A DNA stretch of 62,230 nt, the filler included, from Choristocarpus tenellus KU-1152 (taxonomy: Eukaryota; Protista; Phaeophyceae), in the NCBI GenBank assembly GCA_964200185.2. It is 7 parts of 7 records of this genome, joined end to end, with 100 filler letters (N's around TTAATTAATTAA, not from the genome) between each part and the next. Parts side by side here need not be neighbours in the genome. Positions count along the whole stretch, not along the records: positions 37,968 to 41,611 come from CAXNAD020018774.1; positions 41,712 to 49,837 come from CAXNAD020005102.1; positions 49,938 to 54,729 come from CAXNAD020013043.1; 4 more parts are not named here. One strand, given 5' to 3'. Positions 40,058 through 53,857 of this stretch are shown piece after piece (position 1 is the first letter of the stretch; every line of letters starts with the position of its first letter). Under the pieces are notes generated by a model. It saw nothing but the letters and a program-made list of their open reading frames with translations. It searched no databases and was not told the DNA's origin. Made by a program: the position numbers and the translations under genes.

Positions 40058-40236
40058 GTCGCCATGTGGCAATTAATACATGTTGCTGCAGCACTCTTCG
40101 AGGTGATAGGTGATTTTATTGTCCTGACCTGTGATAATCGCCTGTGGTGAGCGTGAAGCATGTATTCCTAGTTCACACTGGGGGGCATGTTACAGGCAAA
40201 TAGCATGTCTTCCTTTTCGCATTCCAACCAGTGTGA

Positions 40237-40950
40237 GTAGTCTTGTTATGACAATGACTATTTTATGTGGTTTTTGGACATTTTTGTTTGTATTTGAGAC
40301 ATGATTATTGTCTTCTATTGTTTGTGTTTATAGTTCTGAAGGGGGAAGCGTTTATGGCAGAACCCTATTTCAATGCTACGGTGATTTTGCATCCATATAT
40401 TCATTTGTGTCGATATGTGTGAGGTGGGAGAGTCTTATGACGACACTCCCTATTTTTCTGAGTCTTTTTTTGTTTGTATGTTCTTAGTTCGTGGGTAGGG
40501 CAAGCCTTTATATGGCAGCACCTTATTTTTGTTTGTGACTGCGAGGCATTATCTTGGTGTCCTATAGTTTGTGTTTATAGTTTTAAAGGGGGACAGTCTA
40601 TGGCAGTACCCTATTTCAGTGTTATTGTAATTTTGTGCCTGTATTCACTTTGCTGATAGTTGTGAAGAGGGAGAGACTTGCTGAGATACTCCCTTTTTTT
40701 TATTGTAAGATGTTTGGATTTTTTGTATATGTTCATAGTTCCTAGCAAGGGTACGCCTTTCCATGACAGCACCCAATCTCTTTTGTGACTGTGAGTCATG
40801 GTCTTAGTGTCCTGTCGTTGCTGTGTTTTAGTTTTCTGAAGGGGGAAAGTCTATGGCAATACCCAAGTCCAGTGCTGCTATGGTTCTGTGTCTGTATTTG
40901 TGTCAGTTTAGCTTGGAAGGGGTGGAGTCTTTTTAGACAGTACCCTAATT
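40237..40950 (+). repeat. Higher-order repeat: ~250-bp trimer of ~83-bp monomers, each containing a GGG...CCC hairpin
   Basis: Hairpin starts at ~40238, 40341, 40426, 40498, 40588, 40669, 40749, 40841 and 40919. Every third monomer is the most similar. Confidence 0.8.
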
Positions 40951-41009
40951 TTGACATATGTATGAGACTCTGGTATAGGAGTTTTTCTTTTGTACGTTGA
41001 GTCAAATGC

Positions 41010-41157
41010 AGAGTGAGTTCCGTGAGGTGCGAGTGTTGCGCTAACATATCTGTTGTCAGGGCAAACGTTGGAAGGGGGGGTTTTCCTCCAGGTTTCCTCC
41101 TCCACTGGATCCCCAACGCTGCCTACTGATATGTTCGGACCTGAAAGTGACGTTCAT
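41010..41157 (+). mobile_element. Structured SINE-like fragment interrupted at its 3' end by a MITE
   Basis: Nested stems AACATATC/GATATGTT, AGGGCA/TGCCT, CGTTGG/CCAACG and TCCAG/CTGGA around GGTTTTCCTCCAGGTTTCCTCC. It ends GAAAGTGACGTT, with a TTCAT-type tail resuming after the MITE. Confidence 0.4.
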
Positions 41158-41414
41158 GAGTGAAAATATCTTAGAGGGTATGAGTTTCGCGCTGTTTGTC
41201 CATTTAGGGCTTGGCTTCCCTCAGGGTTTTTATGACGTTTTCCTATTCCAAAATATTTCAAAGTGGGTACTATTTATATGTTATGAAAAGGTGTGTCTGG
41301 AACAAGGATATTCACACTTCCTAACAAACATGATAGCCAAAGTTACATCGAAATTATTAAATTGGATTTTGGCCCCAAATGGACGCGGATCTACCCTCTA
41401 AGATACTTTGGCTC
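41158..41414 (-). mobile_element. MITE family 1, full copy, flanked by TCAT on both sides
   Basis: GAGTGAAAATATCTTAGAGGGTA ... TACCCTCTAAGATACTTTGGCTC; reverse-complement homologue of 25184-25442. Confidence 0.9.
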
Positions 41415-41447
41415 TCATTTCATTTCTGCTGCGTTCATGATAGGATG

Positions 41448-41611
41448 AGAGTGAAAGTATCTTGGAGGGTACGAATTTTGTCCTGTTTGTCCATGTGGGG
41501 CTTGGTTTCCCATGGGTTTTTATTGATATTTTACCTACTCCAAAATGTTTCGGAGTAGATAAAATGTTTACGTTATGAAAAGGAGTGTCCAGACAAGGAT
41601 ATTGACATCTC
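41448..41611 (-). mobile_element. MITE family 1, partial copy cut by contig end
   Basis: GAGTGAAAGTATCTTGGAGGGTACG..., collinear with the 41158 copy. Confidence 0.88.
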
Positions 41612-41711
41612 NNNNNNNNNNNNNNNNNNNNNNNNNNNNNNNNNNNNNNNNNNNNTTAATTAATTAANNNNNNNNNNNNNNNNNNNNNNNNNNNNNNNNN
41701 NNNNNNNNNNN
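41612..41711. other. Artificial contig linker
   Basis: N44-TTAATTAATTAA-N44. Confidence 0.99.
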
Positions 41712-41740
41712 CACACACCAGCCGACACCCACAATAGCTA

Positions 41741-43895
<2,155 letters not shown>

Positions 43896-44228
43896 CGTTC
43901 TCTTGGGTCGCCACCCCAGGCCCAACTCGGACCTACTGCTGCTCCTTCAAGGACAAGACCGATCAATTCAGGGCTACCCAAGCTCTCAAATGGCTACAGG
44001 CCAGGACTAGGGGACAAACAATACGGTAGATGGGAGGCTGGCAGTTAGAATCAGAACGCTAGGTACCTTGGACCTGCTGTGTCTGGATTTTTGGTTGGTG
44101 GAGATGGATTGATTGGTGCGTTGCTATGATTTGCGCCGACGGTTTGGCCTTACAACGTTTAGCAGACCCCACGCCAATGTTTTGAAGAACAACCAAACCA
44201 ACATTTAACAACAAAACCAAGTCACACA

Positions 44229-45621
44229 ATGTCTGGTGATGGGGAGGTGGTAACAGACGGCCCGACGCCTCCTCCCCGGATATGGACCTTTACACAAATG
44301 TGAGCGTGTTTTTTTATGGGGCTACTACTAGATTATTGTGTTCGAGTCTTGACCCCAAGAATTGAACTGAACTGTGCTAAACGGCACCTCCATATGTGTT
44401 TTGTTCGCCCGTCTTCCATCCTACCCTCGCACATTGTCAGACTGGCCGCAAAAGAAAACCGTGGCGTAGCTCTCAAGCTCGTTTTCTTCACTGTGCTGAT
44501 GATCACCATGCCAGTCCTAACCTTCTTCTGTTGTCATGACCTGTTCTTCACTGGTGAGTTGAGCTTGAAGTTCGACCCCCTTGCGAAGTGGTATGTTGGC
44601 CTCTTCGACCACGCACTTCACCGGTAGTGTGCTATTCAACTGCCTTAAAGTATTCTAGTAATTGCAGGGGATACTGATCAATCATCATATACGCCTCTAA
44701 TCTGCCCCTCCCTCCTGTCCAATCTGATGCATTCTTATGCCCCATCACATCTCGACTTTCCCTTGTTTTTTTCTTGCAGGGCTTCCACCAAATGCGCGAA
44801 CTTTGACAAGGTGAGAAGGGCATGCATCAGAGTACCCAGCATGCTTGTGAGGCCATTGACCCACACCTAGCCGTGATCTCTCCCACAGTTGCCGGTCCTA
44901 TTCAGTAGTTGGTGACCCAACGAAGCACACACCTTGCCTTCTTATGTCTTCCGTTTTTTAGCCTCCATGTACTTCCTCTCAGATGGATGGTGACAAACGA
45001 TATTTGAGCTAAGATAGTTTACGTTGTGCAACATTCGTCATCGGAACTGCTGCCACCTTGACTTATTCTCGTCACAAATACACTACCATATGACGTCCTC
45101 TTTAGGAATTTCCAGCTTACCAGAGGCAAGTAATTATCATAACTCCCACCCTTCCCAGTGTCTACTGTTGTTGTAGAGGCCTACAAAGTGAAAACGAGAA
45201 CCAACAGTCTTACGGATCAGCATAATGATGGTATACGGTATGATGGACCCACTGCCATGTACTAAGAAATGTAGACCTAGGCACTGCAACACGACTGATC
45301 CGTGCTATCTTGTTGAAAACACTTGCTCTGTCATACTTCAAAGTACATTTTGAGACAATCATTACACAACATGTCCTATGTTTCTCCATGATAATAAATT
45401 AACAAGCCGCCCAATGCCCCACCCGTTTTGACTTCTGACCAAATTTGTTTCTGGACGACACAAGTGGAATGGTTGCTGTCCTAGCAGTGAATGTAGTTAT
45501 ATTTTTGTATGTTGTACAGGCCATGAAAGAGGACCAAGAGGCTGCTGAGGGGGGTTCCATTGCCAGAAGTGAAAGAAACCATGCGAGCTGGGCAACCATA
45601 TCGTCTCTGAAAACAGATTAA
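44229..45621 (+). CDS. VMA21: V-ATPase assembly factor VMA21, exons 44229-44299, 44441-44553, 44780-44810, 45465-45621
   Basis: In-phase splicing gives KLVFFTVLMITMPVLTFF ... SGMVAVLAVNVVIFLYVVQAMKED ... KTD*: two TM helices and a C-terminal lysine ER-retrieval-like motif. Confidence 0.88.
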
Positions 45622-45776
45622 TACTTTGAGTTTGAAGCAAGGGCTGAATAGGTCAATAATAGTCTCCTTTCCGACCCTTGACACACGAGCTGAGCAATTT
45701 CCCTCAAGAAGACTCCTTTATTGTGAATTTTATTTTTTAGTCTAGGCTAGCTTGCCCAATATCACCTGCACCCTCT

Positions 45777-47265
45777 TCAAATTTTGACATGCTGTAGTGA
45801 TTGTACATCATCCTGTAGTGCTTGACTCCATTGCTCTTTCCTGCTCAAGAGATCCCTTGACATTGCCAGTCGAGTAGTGAACAAAACACGCTGATTCAAT
45901 AGGTCCAGGAGGAGAACGGCTCCTACTGAAGAGAATACAGTTAGAGACATTTGTATTGACGTATGAGGCACTTCAATCGCAAGAACTGGCCTACTTTCCA
46001 CATACTTCGAAGTATGTATATATATATATATATATATCAATGTTGCTGATGATGACTCAAGCACACAAAATAATAGGGAAAGGGAGGCTTCAGCATGTAT
46101 ATCATGGATATATGCGACAATCTCTTGTTTCAGTAACGTTTACTGGCACAGAACCATAGCTGACCCAAAGTAAGTGAGAGGTACCCAGAATCTCATTTTA
46201 AATACGATGACAAACATGTGCAAACTTGAATATTTTTTACAAAAGCATGTAGGCTATTTTCCGAATTGTATCGAAAAGTTTCAAACAGAGAAATCAACCC
46301 TCTCAAGTCCAACTAAGCTCTTCATCATTTCTTAAGAGTGGATTGCAGCAGATTGAAAAAGTTACCTATAATGCAAAACGGCAAAAAAAATGGTTACCTC
46401 TCGTTACTTCGGCTTGGTACACCTGCGAAAATCGAGGCAAGAAACGATGATACTAGGATCCACACAGCACATAGAGATAACAGGCATTGTTACAAAGAAG
46501 ACAATGATTTCCTTTTGTAGTTTTCCTCAACAGTCTTCGTGTGCACACTAACTAGGGCACCTTTTATTACTGTTAAAGCCCAAAGGAACAAGAACAGCAG
46601 ATGTGGGGGGAGGGAGACCTAATTGTGGTCACATACACGAACTAAAAGGTGTATACATGGTAAGCACATTATTAAATATCTGTGCTCGTGAGAGGCTGGG
46701 GTGCGTGTGGAATGTTCACAAAATGTACCATGAGCTGGTTGGAAATTGCAAACCAATGTTTCCTTCCTATCATGTGAAGTACATTGTTTATTTGTCTATC
46801 TGTCATTACAATCTGAATAGAGAAGAGCTTAGAATGACGATCAGGAACATTTACTCTAACACGTACGTTCTTTATATAATACCCACACTCAATTGATCTG
46901 AAGACATCTGTCTCAGGGCAAAATTTGTTACCCTTTCCCTACGGTGTCTTTCAGCGATAATTCAAGCTCGTCCTCCTTTGCTAAGAAAATGTTTTGGGTT
47001 TGTGTCTCAATTACCCTTCCACGAAGCTGCTCATTTGTACGTATTACTTCTGTTATACACACATTACTGGTGCAGTACATTAAAGCAGAGTAAAAGGTGA
47101 TGAATGCGACAGATTCATAGACGAAAAAAGATATAATGCAAAAGGAAATATATACTACATGCCTATTTTGCCTGTTGTGCATAACGTTTATTCTCCAGGA
47201 CTGTTCTCGATTCATTCACTCTGCCGCACCGTAGTTCGACAAACCGTTGAGCCACTTCCGTCTAA
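45777..47265 (-). CDS. Possible 3' exons of an unknown coiled-coil protein, convergent with VMA21
   Basis: Exon-like segments TEVAQRFVELRCG (~47263-47221), VIRTNEQLRGRVIETQTQNIFLAKEDELELSLKDTVGK (~47046-46932), VYQAEVTR (46422-46397) and DLLNQRVLFTTRLAMSRDLL...QHVKI* (~45905-45777). Confidence 0.4.
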
Positions 47266-47497
47266 ACTTATGTTGTACAGGACAACTCTTATGGCTATTT
47301 GATCTGTGTGTAACATCTATTGCCCAGGCAATGCTGTGTTGTGCGTAGCACTAAACAATAGGTTGAATTTTGTGAGTGTTACATTTTCCGAGGGTGTGAA
47401 TATATCTCATGGTTTTACAATTATATGTGATACCCTATGGATACCAGCACTTTCATGTCTAGGTGGAGCATGCTTATTCTGGACATCCATATTATTT

Positions 47498-47605
47498 TTA
47501 TTATTATGCCCTCTGACATTTTACAGATAGATGTGCGTCAGGGGGAAACCATCAATGAAAACTCTACACATTGTCAGTATAAGCCCTAAAGAAATATAAT
47601 GTCAT
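47498..47605 (-). repeat. Hairpin-plus-(TAA)n-tail repeat element, copy 1
   Basis: TTATTATGCCCTCTGACA...GTCAGGGGGAAAC...TGTCAGTATAAGCCCTAAAGAAAT; homologous to the 47866 and 50380 copies. Confidence 0.8.
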
Positions 47606-47865
47606 TAATGTAAAAAACCCTAATCCACTATGTTGTACTACTACCTTTCTGTGTCTCTAATCTACCTATACCTGTGCCCCGGGAGGAGCTAGAGAGGCAT
47701 CTCAAGAATCCAATAAACCCCTCCATGACCATCTCCCTGGTGATTCCAGGTTAAAACGCATGACATGTCTAGACAGTGCCACTTGCGTAATTACCGAGAC
47801 AATTTGGCGTAGCCAAGATTTAACTACTCCTTTGCTGGTATATCCTCCATTTCCTCGACACCCAT

Positions 47866-48040
47866 ATTATTATTATTATGCCCTCTGACATTTTGTAGAT
47901 GTGTCAGGGGGGAAACAAGTGAAAACTACACATATGTCAGTATAAGCCCTAAAGAAATAAAATATCATGAATGTGAAAAATACTATAAAACACTGTAAGC
48001 GTGAAAAACACTGATCTATATGTTACTTCGCCACTGTCAA
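47866..48040 (-). repeat. Hairpin-plus-(TAA)n-tail repeat element, copy 2 (part of a local tandem duplication)
   Basis: Same motif. The flank CTACTCCTTT.CTGGTAT.TCCTCCATTTCCTCGACACCC is duplicated at ~47824 and ~48079. Confidence 0.8.
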
Positions 48041-49655
48041 TATTGTACTACTACTGCCTTCCTCTGCTTCGTATCTACCTACTCCTTTCCTGGTATGTCC
48101 TCCATTTCCTCGACACCCATATTATTATAGCAACTTGCAAAAGACATACAATAACAATAATAAAGAAAAAGCTTCTCAACTCCATATAAAGCAACCAAAT
48201 CTGCATGGAGGACTACTATATACGCCAGAGTATATCAATAGTAGGTGAAGAGAGCTGTGTGCCCGATACTTTGAAGCATCAACTATTAGTAGTAGTGGCC
48301 ACGCCAGGCAAAAGCTAGATTAATGTAAATTGCTTAACGAAAGGGCTCAAATTGAGACCGGGTGGACAGCTGATCACATGACTTGGCACCTAATTTGTCT
48401 ACTATGAGGAGGAGAGGGTGGGAAAGTCCTTGATTAGGAATGGCAGAGTTCTTACGGTATTGACAATGATGCTGACAAAATAATCGCTATGAATATTTGT
48501 GATCTTCAAAGGAAGATCATTTTTAGGATTGCTTCTCATCTGTTTCTAGCAAATGAAAGGGGAGCTTTTACTAAGGAGTACTTCCTCTCTCTGAGCTATA
48601 GCATTATAGTTTACAAAGATCAACCCTAGAGTACGTACTACCAAGATCGGCTTTGTATGCCTTTGATTAGTATTTTTGGAACAGGACAACGGAACGCATG
48701 ACGACCAAATGGCGATAACTATTCATACATCTCTTTGACGTTATTTAAACGTACCGTTAAATATTGGCGTCCCCAGTGGACACTACGAACCTGCCTTGCA
48801 ACCTACAGACTGCTGCAAAGGATTGAACACATCTCATTGCATGTTGCAGTGTTAATGTCGAGCAAACAAAGACAAAACACCTCTCTATACCAATATCAAT
48901 AGCACGAACAAACAAGGCTGCATCATAAACGATTGTTTTCACTTCGAATACACCTGACAGCTCCATTCTGTTGAAACACGAAAAACTCCAGAATCATAAA
49001 GAGTTGTCATAATGTTGAGATTCATAGGTCAAGCTTTGATAGTAATATGAGCAGTAATATAGTAAGAAGATGCACAAGATAATGGAAAAATATGATTGCA
49101 AATGTAAGTTTTACCAAAGACTATATCTACACATTATACCAAGCATATAGGTTCCACATACCATGCAACATTAACCACCTCTCATATGTTGACATCAATC
49201 TTGTTTATCTAAACAGCCATCAGTCGTACACAAATCTGCATATTAAACCTCTGCTTACTTGCTTTTCTTTGCTCAATCCCGTCCATTTGCATCTCCAATT
49301 CGCCCCTTTCTACCTCACGCCCACTTGCTCCATTGCCCTGTGTATCTAGACACCTCCTGATTTCACCCCAATCTGACACCCCCTCGGCTGCCTAGATCTT
49401 CTATACCTCGTGTTATTCATTGCTCCTGTGGATCTGTTCCTCACTTCTGCGAGATAACGGGATTCGGATTCATCACCAATATCACGATACCACAATTTAC
49501 ACTATTTGTGCCGTTCTCAATCAAAACAGCACGCTATATCTCAGCAACAAAATAGTCATAATTTTTGGCGATTCATACCCAACAGGTCCTTCAAGAATTT
49601 GTGGCATATCTTCAACACTGAGATAACTGTAGAACGTAAAGGCTACGTTACAAAT

Positions 49656-49833
49656 GTCTCAAAGTATCTTGGAGGGCGTCTACACCAGGGTGTCCATTTG
49701 GGCCCTGGCCAGGAAAAGCGAACTTACATTATCCATCCGACACATTCAACCAAATCACCCAAAAAAATGCGACATGGAAAAGTGGGCCCCAAATGGACAG
49801 CCGCCATCCCCCCCCCCCCAGATACCTAGGGCA
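49656..49833 (+). mobile_element. MITE family 2, full copy at contig end
   Basis: GTCTCAAAGTATCTTGGAGGG...GTCCATTTGGGCC ... CCCCAAATGGACA...CCCAGATACCTAGGGCA, flanked by AAAT on both sides. Confidence 0.85.
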
Positions 49834-49837
49834 AAAT

Positions 49838-49937
49838 NNNNNNNNNNNNNNNNNNNNNNNNNNNNNNNNNNNNNNNNNNNNTTAATTAATTAANNNNNNN
49901 NNNNNNNNNNNNNNNNNNNNNNNNNNNNNNNNNNNNN
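49838..49937. other. Artificial contig linker
   Basis: N44-TTAATTAATTAA-N44. Confidence 0.99.
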
Positions 49938-50379
49938 GTTGACGGTTTACCCTCTCGACTTTCTTGTGTGCTTGCATCCTTTATCAAATCCAGACACAGG
50001 AAATATCCGTGCTCAGTAGGACTGTATTCAGACTCTGGTACTGTCTTCAATTACGTCCGCATGAAAACGAACCCATTTTCACTTCAAACGTCCGCCCTAC
50101 CCTATGTTTCAAAGATGGGAAGGAGATTACTGTTGAAGAATGTGGAGCCCTCCCCAACGGATTAGGAGGTGAAGTCAAGCAAGTGTAAATAAACGTTTCA
50201 TGACATGATGATAAAGGGACCAGCAATAGGGGAGCAATGAGTTTTTTGTCTCTTTGCTAGTGAACAAGAACCGTCAGACCTCAAATTGGTTATAGTCAAA
50301 AATGTCATGGTGTATTGACACGCAACCCCGTTTCTCGTACGAAATGGTAAATAACATTAAGAGATAACCCGCAACACGC

Positions 50380-50541
50380 ATGACAATGGTACGATAATGT
50401 TTTTCACACTTACAATTTATTAAGTGTTTTGCACATCTATGATATTTAATTTCTTTTAGGGCTTATACTGACATATGTATAGTTTTCGTCGTTTGTTTCC
50501 CCCCTGACACATCTGCAAAATGTCAGAGGGCATAATAATAA
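50380..50541 (+). repeat. Hairpin-plus-(TAA)n-tail repeat element, copy 3
   Basis: TTTAGGGCTTATACTGACA...CCCCCTGACACATCTGCAAAATGTCAGAGGGCATAATAATAA. Confidence 0.8.
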
Positions 50542-50769
50542 AAAGGGGAAGAACACAACTCGTATACACTGGCCTCATTTGTGAGTGTTGCACACTTCCA
50601 TACAAAAATCCCTAACGACTTCACCTTAAGGATCATTGTACGTGTTTAAAAATCCATTTTTCATCTTTTGAACTCCATATAACAACACGCACCAGATATG
50701 TGACCATCTCTGCTCCTGATATCCATTCTCCACACTGCTCCAGATTCGAGGCGTGCCACTTGCGTTGTC

Positions 50770-52020
50770 ATGGCGCCAGGTAACACCACTTGTGGAGTGC
50801 ATGACACGGACGATGTATGGACCAAGCTGAGGGGTTCGTTCAACGCTGGCTTGTCCTCCCTACTTCTACACGTGGGGGGGGTGGTACACGGTTACGCTAT
50901 GCTGGAGGGGAACCGTGACCCCGAGATAGAGAAACATTTTGCGCATGAGCTGTCCAGATTTTGTACCAAGTTCTGGGCAGAACAAAAGTGTGCGGAAGAA
51001 CAGGACGGGGGACTTAGCGGCGCTCTCAACGCGCCTGAGGGTGTCCAGGTTTCCCGTGTTTGAGTGCATGCTGGCAGTGACATTGGAGAGAGTGACTTGG
51101 GATCCGTTGTGAGCGGGTGGGATGCAGAAGAATGGGATATGGATATGGAAGAAATGGCCAAAACACTGACAGGATCTCGGACGACTCCAATACACACCAT
51201 TGAGTTAGTCCTGGATGATGACAGCGATGACGGATATGCAGGAAGCGAAGAGGGTGGTGTTGAACAGGTTGATCCATACTGTCGATCTCCTCCTGGTAAG
51301 AGGCAAAAGTCTTCCGGAGGTGTTGTGTGTGTTAGGGGTTCTGGATCTCTATAGGGCTTAGGTTCTGCGAAACACGTCCCCACTCGCAAGGGGAAAGGAA
51401 CACCTGTAACCCCCCCAGTAACCTTGCTGGAGAATATCTTCTCTCCTGTACGTAGCAGTGGTGAGGTATCAGCCATTAATACACCATCGGATGTGAAGGG
51501 GAGTGATGCGGACTTGGCGGACAGCGATGATGAGCTGCCCATATCCGAGAGGATGGTAAGTTTAATATCGGAATGACAGATCGATTCCTTGAGGCTTGCG
51601 CGGAGGAACTCCTCCGCTCGGCAAACCTATCCTCATCAACATACTATCATGCGCAAACCTGTTTCCTTCAACAGGTTACTCAAGACTACGGATTTAGGTT
51701 GATGCGGGCTGGTAAAGCTGCAAATCTTCTTGTCTTGGACGATCACTGCTACGTACACAAGGGAATCCTCGATGGCTTGTGCCATCGTGTGGGTAATACC
51801 AAGAGGACGATGTGTGAGCAGGACATAGAAGCGCTCGCTGCGAGAAAAGCTGTGTGCATCGGTCGTGTCGAGGCAGAACTGTGGAGTGACAAGTACTCCA
51901 CTCCCCTAAATATTTGGCATGTATTGACAGATATTTACCCTAAGCTTATGATTGGCGGAAGGAAGGGAGGTGCGACTTCACACATGCTTACTAGCTCAAG
52001 TAGATTTTTTTGGTTTCAGG
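50770..52020 (+). pseudogene. Decayed intronless ORF of unknown (probably mobile-element) origin
   Basis: A single frame continues through isolated stops at 51061-51063 and 51352-51354. It has acidic linkers (LDDDSDD, DSDDELPI), followed by a second-frame globular segment from 51573. Confidence 0.5.
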
Positions 52021-53794
52021 TCGAACTTGAAGTAAGAGTGTACTTGTCGCAGACTACATTCTTTCTGTTCCTTCCACAATGTGTCCGACGACCAGGTTCG
52101 CACGGTCTGGACCAAAAATTGTAGACTCTGTAGTTGTAACTGTACGGCTTCCGAGTTTGCACGGTCTAGGCCAAATGTCTTAGATTCTGGATTTAGAACT
52201 GTCGGGGTAACCCTAATTCAACACAAATTAATAGAAACGTTCTCCCTGCTGTGAACTAGTCGAATGTGTCCTTCTCTTACCAAAGAACCAGCTTTGGTTC
52301 AATATTTGGGTTCTCATCTGTATTTAGGTATTTGCCACGTCTTTTACAACAGCACACACCTACTGACAAATACAAGTCTAATATCCCGTGGGATAAATAA
52401 CACCTTTTCACCCCCTAAACAGTTCTTCTTCTGATGCGAAGCGAGGTCGATTACCTTAAACACTAACCAATGTCTAACACGGCATATCGTCCTCATCACA
52501 CCGTGTTGATGAGCGTCGGAATCCTTGTCATGTTTTCCCTTCACTTTTATGGGGTGCTTTGGTGATCACAGGGTAACACTGTTTGGGAATCTATAGTTTA
52601 CAGATATTATACCCGGATACCCTCCATCAAGCACACATTCGAAACACTTGGCCTAACCTTTCGACCAAAGGAGGGCACACTTCGGTCTTAGTTTCAATGA
52701 TCGAAGACTGTTCCGTGTGTTTCATACCAATATTTCTCATAAATATTTAAACTTTGATGACGTTTATATCGCTGTGTGTCGTAGCTCTGAAACACACATC
52801 CTTTGCACCAAACTGTCACATCTTATATGCAAGTTTTATTTACACCCGAATTTAGGCGTGCATCTGTCAACAGGTTGTTTCCCCAATGGTTTCACAATTT
52901 TTTCGCAGTAGGTTTCACCGTAGTGTCGTTAGTCAAGGAATCGGTCACATTATGCCTAACCCTAAGTAATGAATGATTTAATGACACTAAACGATGACTT
53001 CCTATTTTCCATACTTCCCAAGCCCACAGACATGTGCATACAACCAGGCACATGTGATGCATTGTTGATGCTACCCTTGCAACCAAATCGACCTACATCG
53101 GTGACATGACCCACCCCTCACCCACATGGACAGTCGTCAACCCAACCGCTAACCACAACACTACCCTCATGTGGACATGCTCCAAGAAATCAACATACAG
53201 CCCCTCAACAAACCTTTCCCTAACCCTTTCCACCTCCAGCATAATATCACTAGCTAACCCCAACAAAAACCCCTGGATATCAGACTACCGGCCAACGCCA
53301 ACGTGAAGAACTTCTTGATGCCATACCCGACCATATATAAATCGACTACCCAATCATTTTGGTCGCTCGATTTCAAAAGTCCAAATAAGAAATTACGCCG
53401 TACACCAAAAAATAGAACTAATTACTTGTTTAACTCGAAGTAATCCGACAAATTCGAAACCCTATTAGTGATGCTTGTTCACAATGGATGTAAACATTTG
53501 TTCACCTCACGAAGCACAAACCACCAGTTAACCCTAACGAATGATATATTTTTTCAATACTTCATGAGCAAAAGCACGCGAAAATTGGCACTTCACCATA
53601 TACCTAAACCAGTCCCCAACCATTCTTTTCATTAATTCAAGTCCAACTTCAAAAATCTTCAAAGCAGTGACACTCTATTTTGCTGGACTTAACCTGACCA
53701 CGACTATAACTATTCCACACACATATCTACGAAATACACCTTCAATCCCCCACATATAAGCCAGTTACCCAAAAGTCGCGATATGGTAAAATGA

Positions 53795-53836
53795 ACCCCA
53801 AATGGACACCTGCCCCCACCCCCCAGATACTTTGGC
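53795..53836 (+). mobile_element. MITE-family-like terminal fragment
   Basis: CCCCAAATGGACACCTG(C-rich)CCAGATACTTTGGCC. A similar end lies at 54830-54888. Confidence 0.7.
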
Positions 53837-53857
53837 CTACCACTACTACAAATTGCC

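Noticed and set aside
40237-40950. CRISPR array interpretation of the hairpin-spacer pattern
   Set aside because: The repeats are far from identical, the spacers are homologous to each other with a 3-unit period, there are no cas genes, and the context is eukaryotic. It is kept as a structured repeat instead.
52950-52970. Telomerase RNA template (CTAACCCTAA)
   Set aside because: No recognisable promoter, pseudoknot or terminator is visible, and it cannot be told apart from the other short interstitial tracts.
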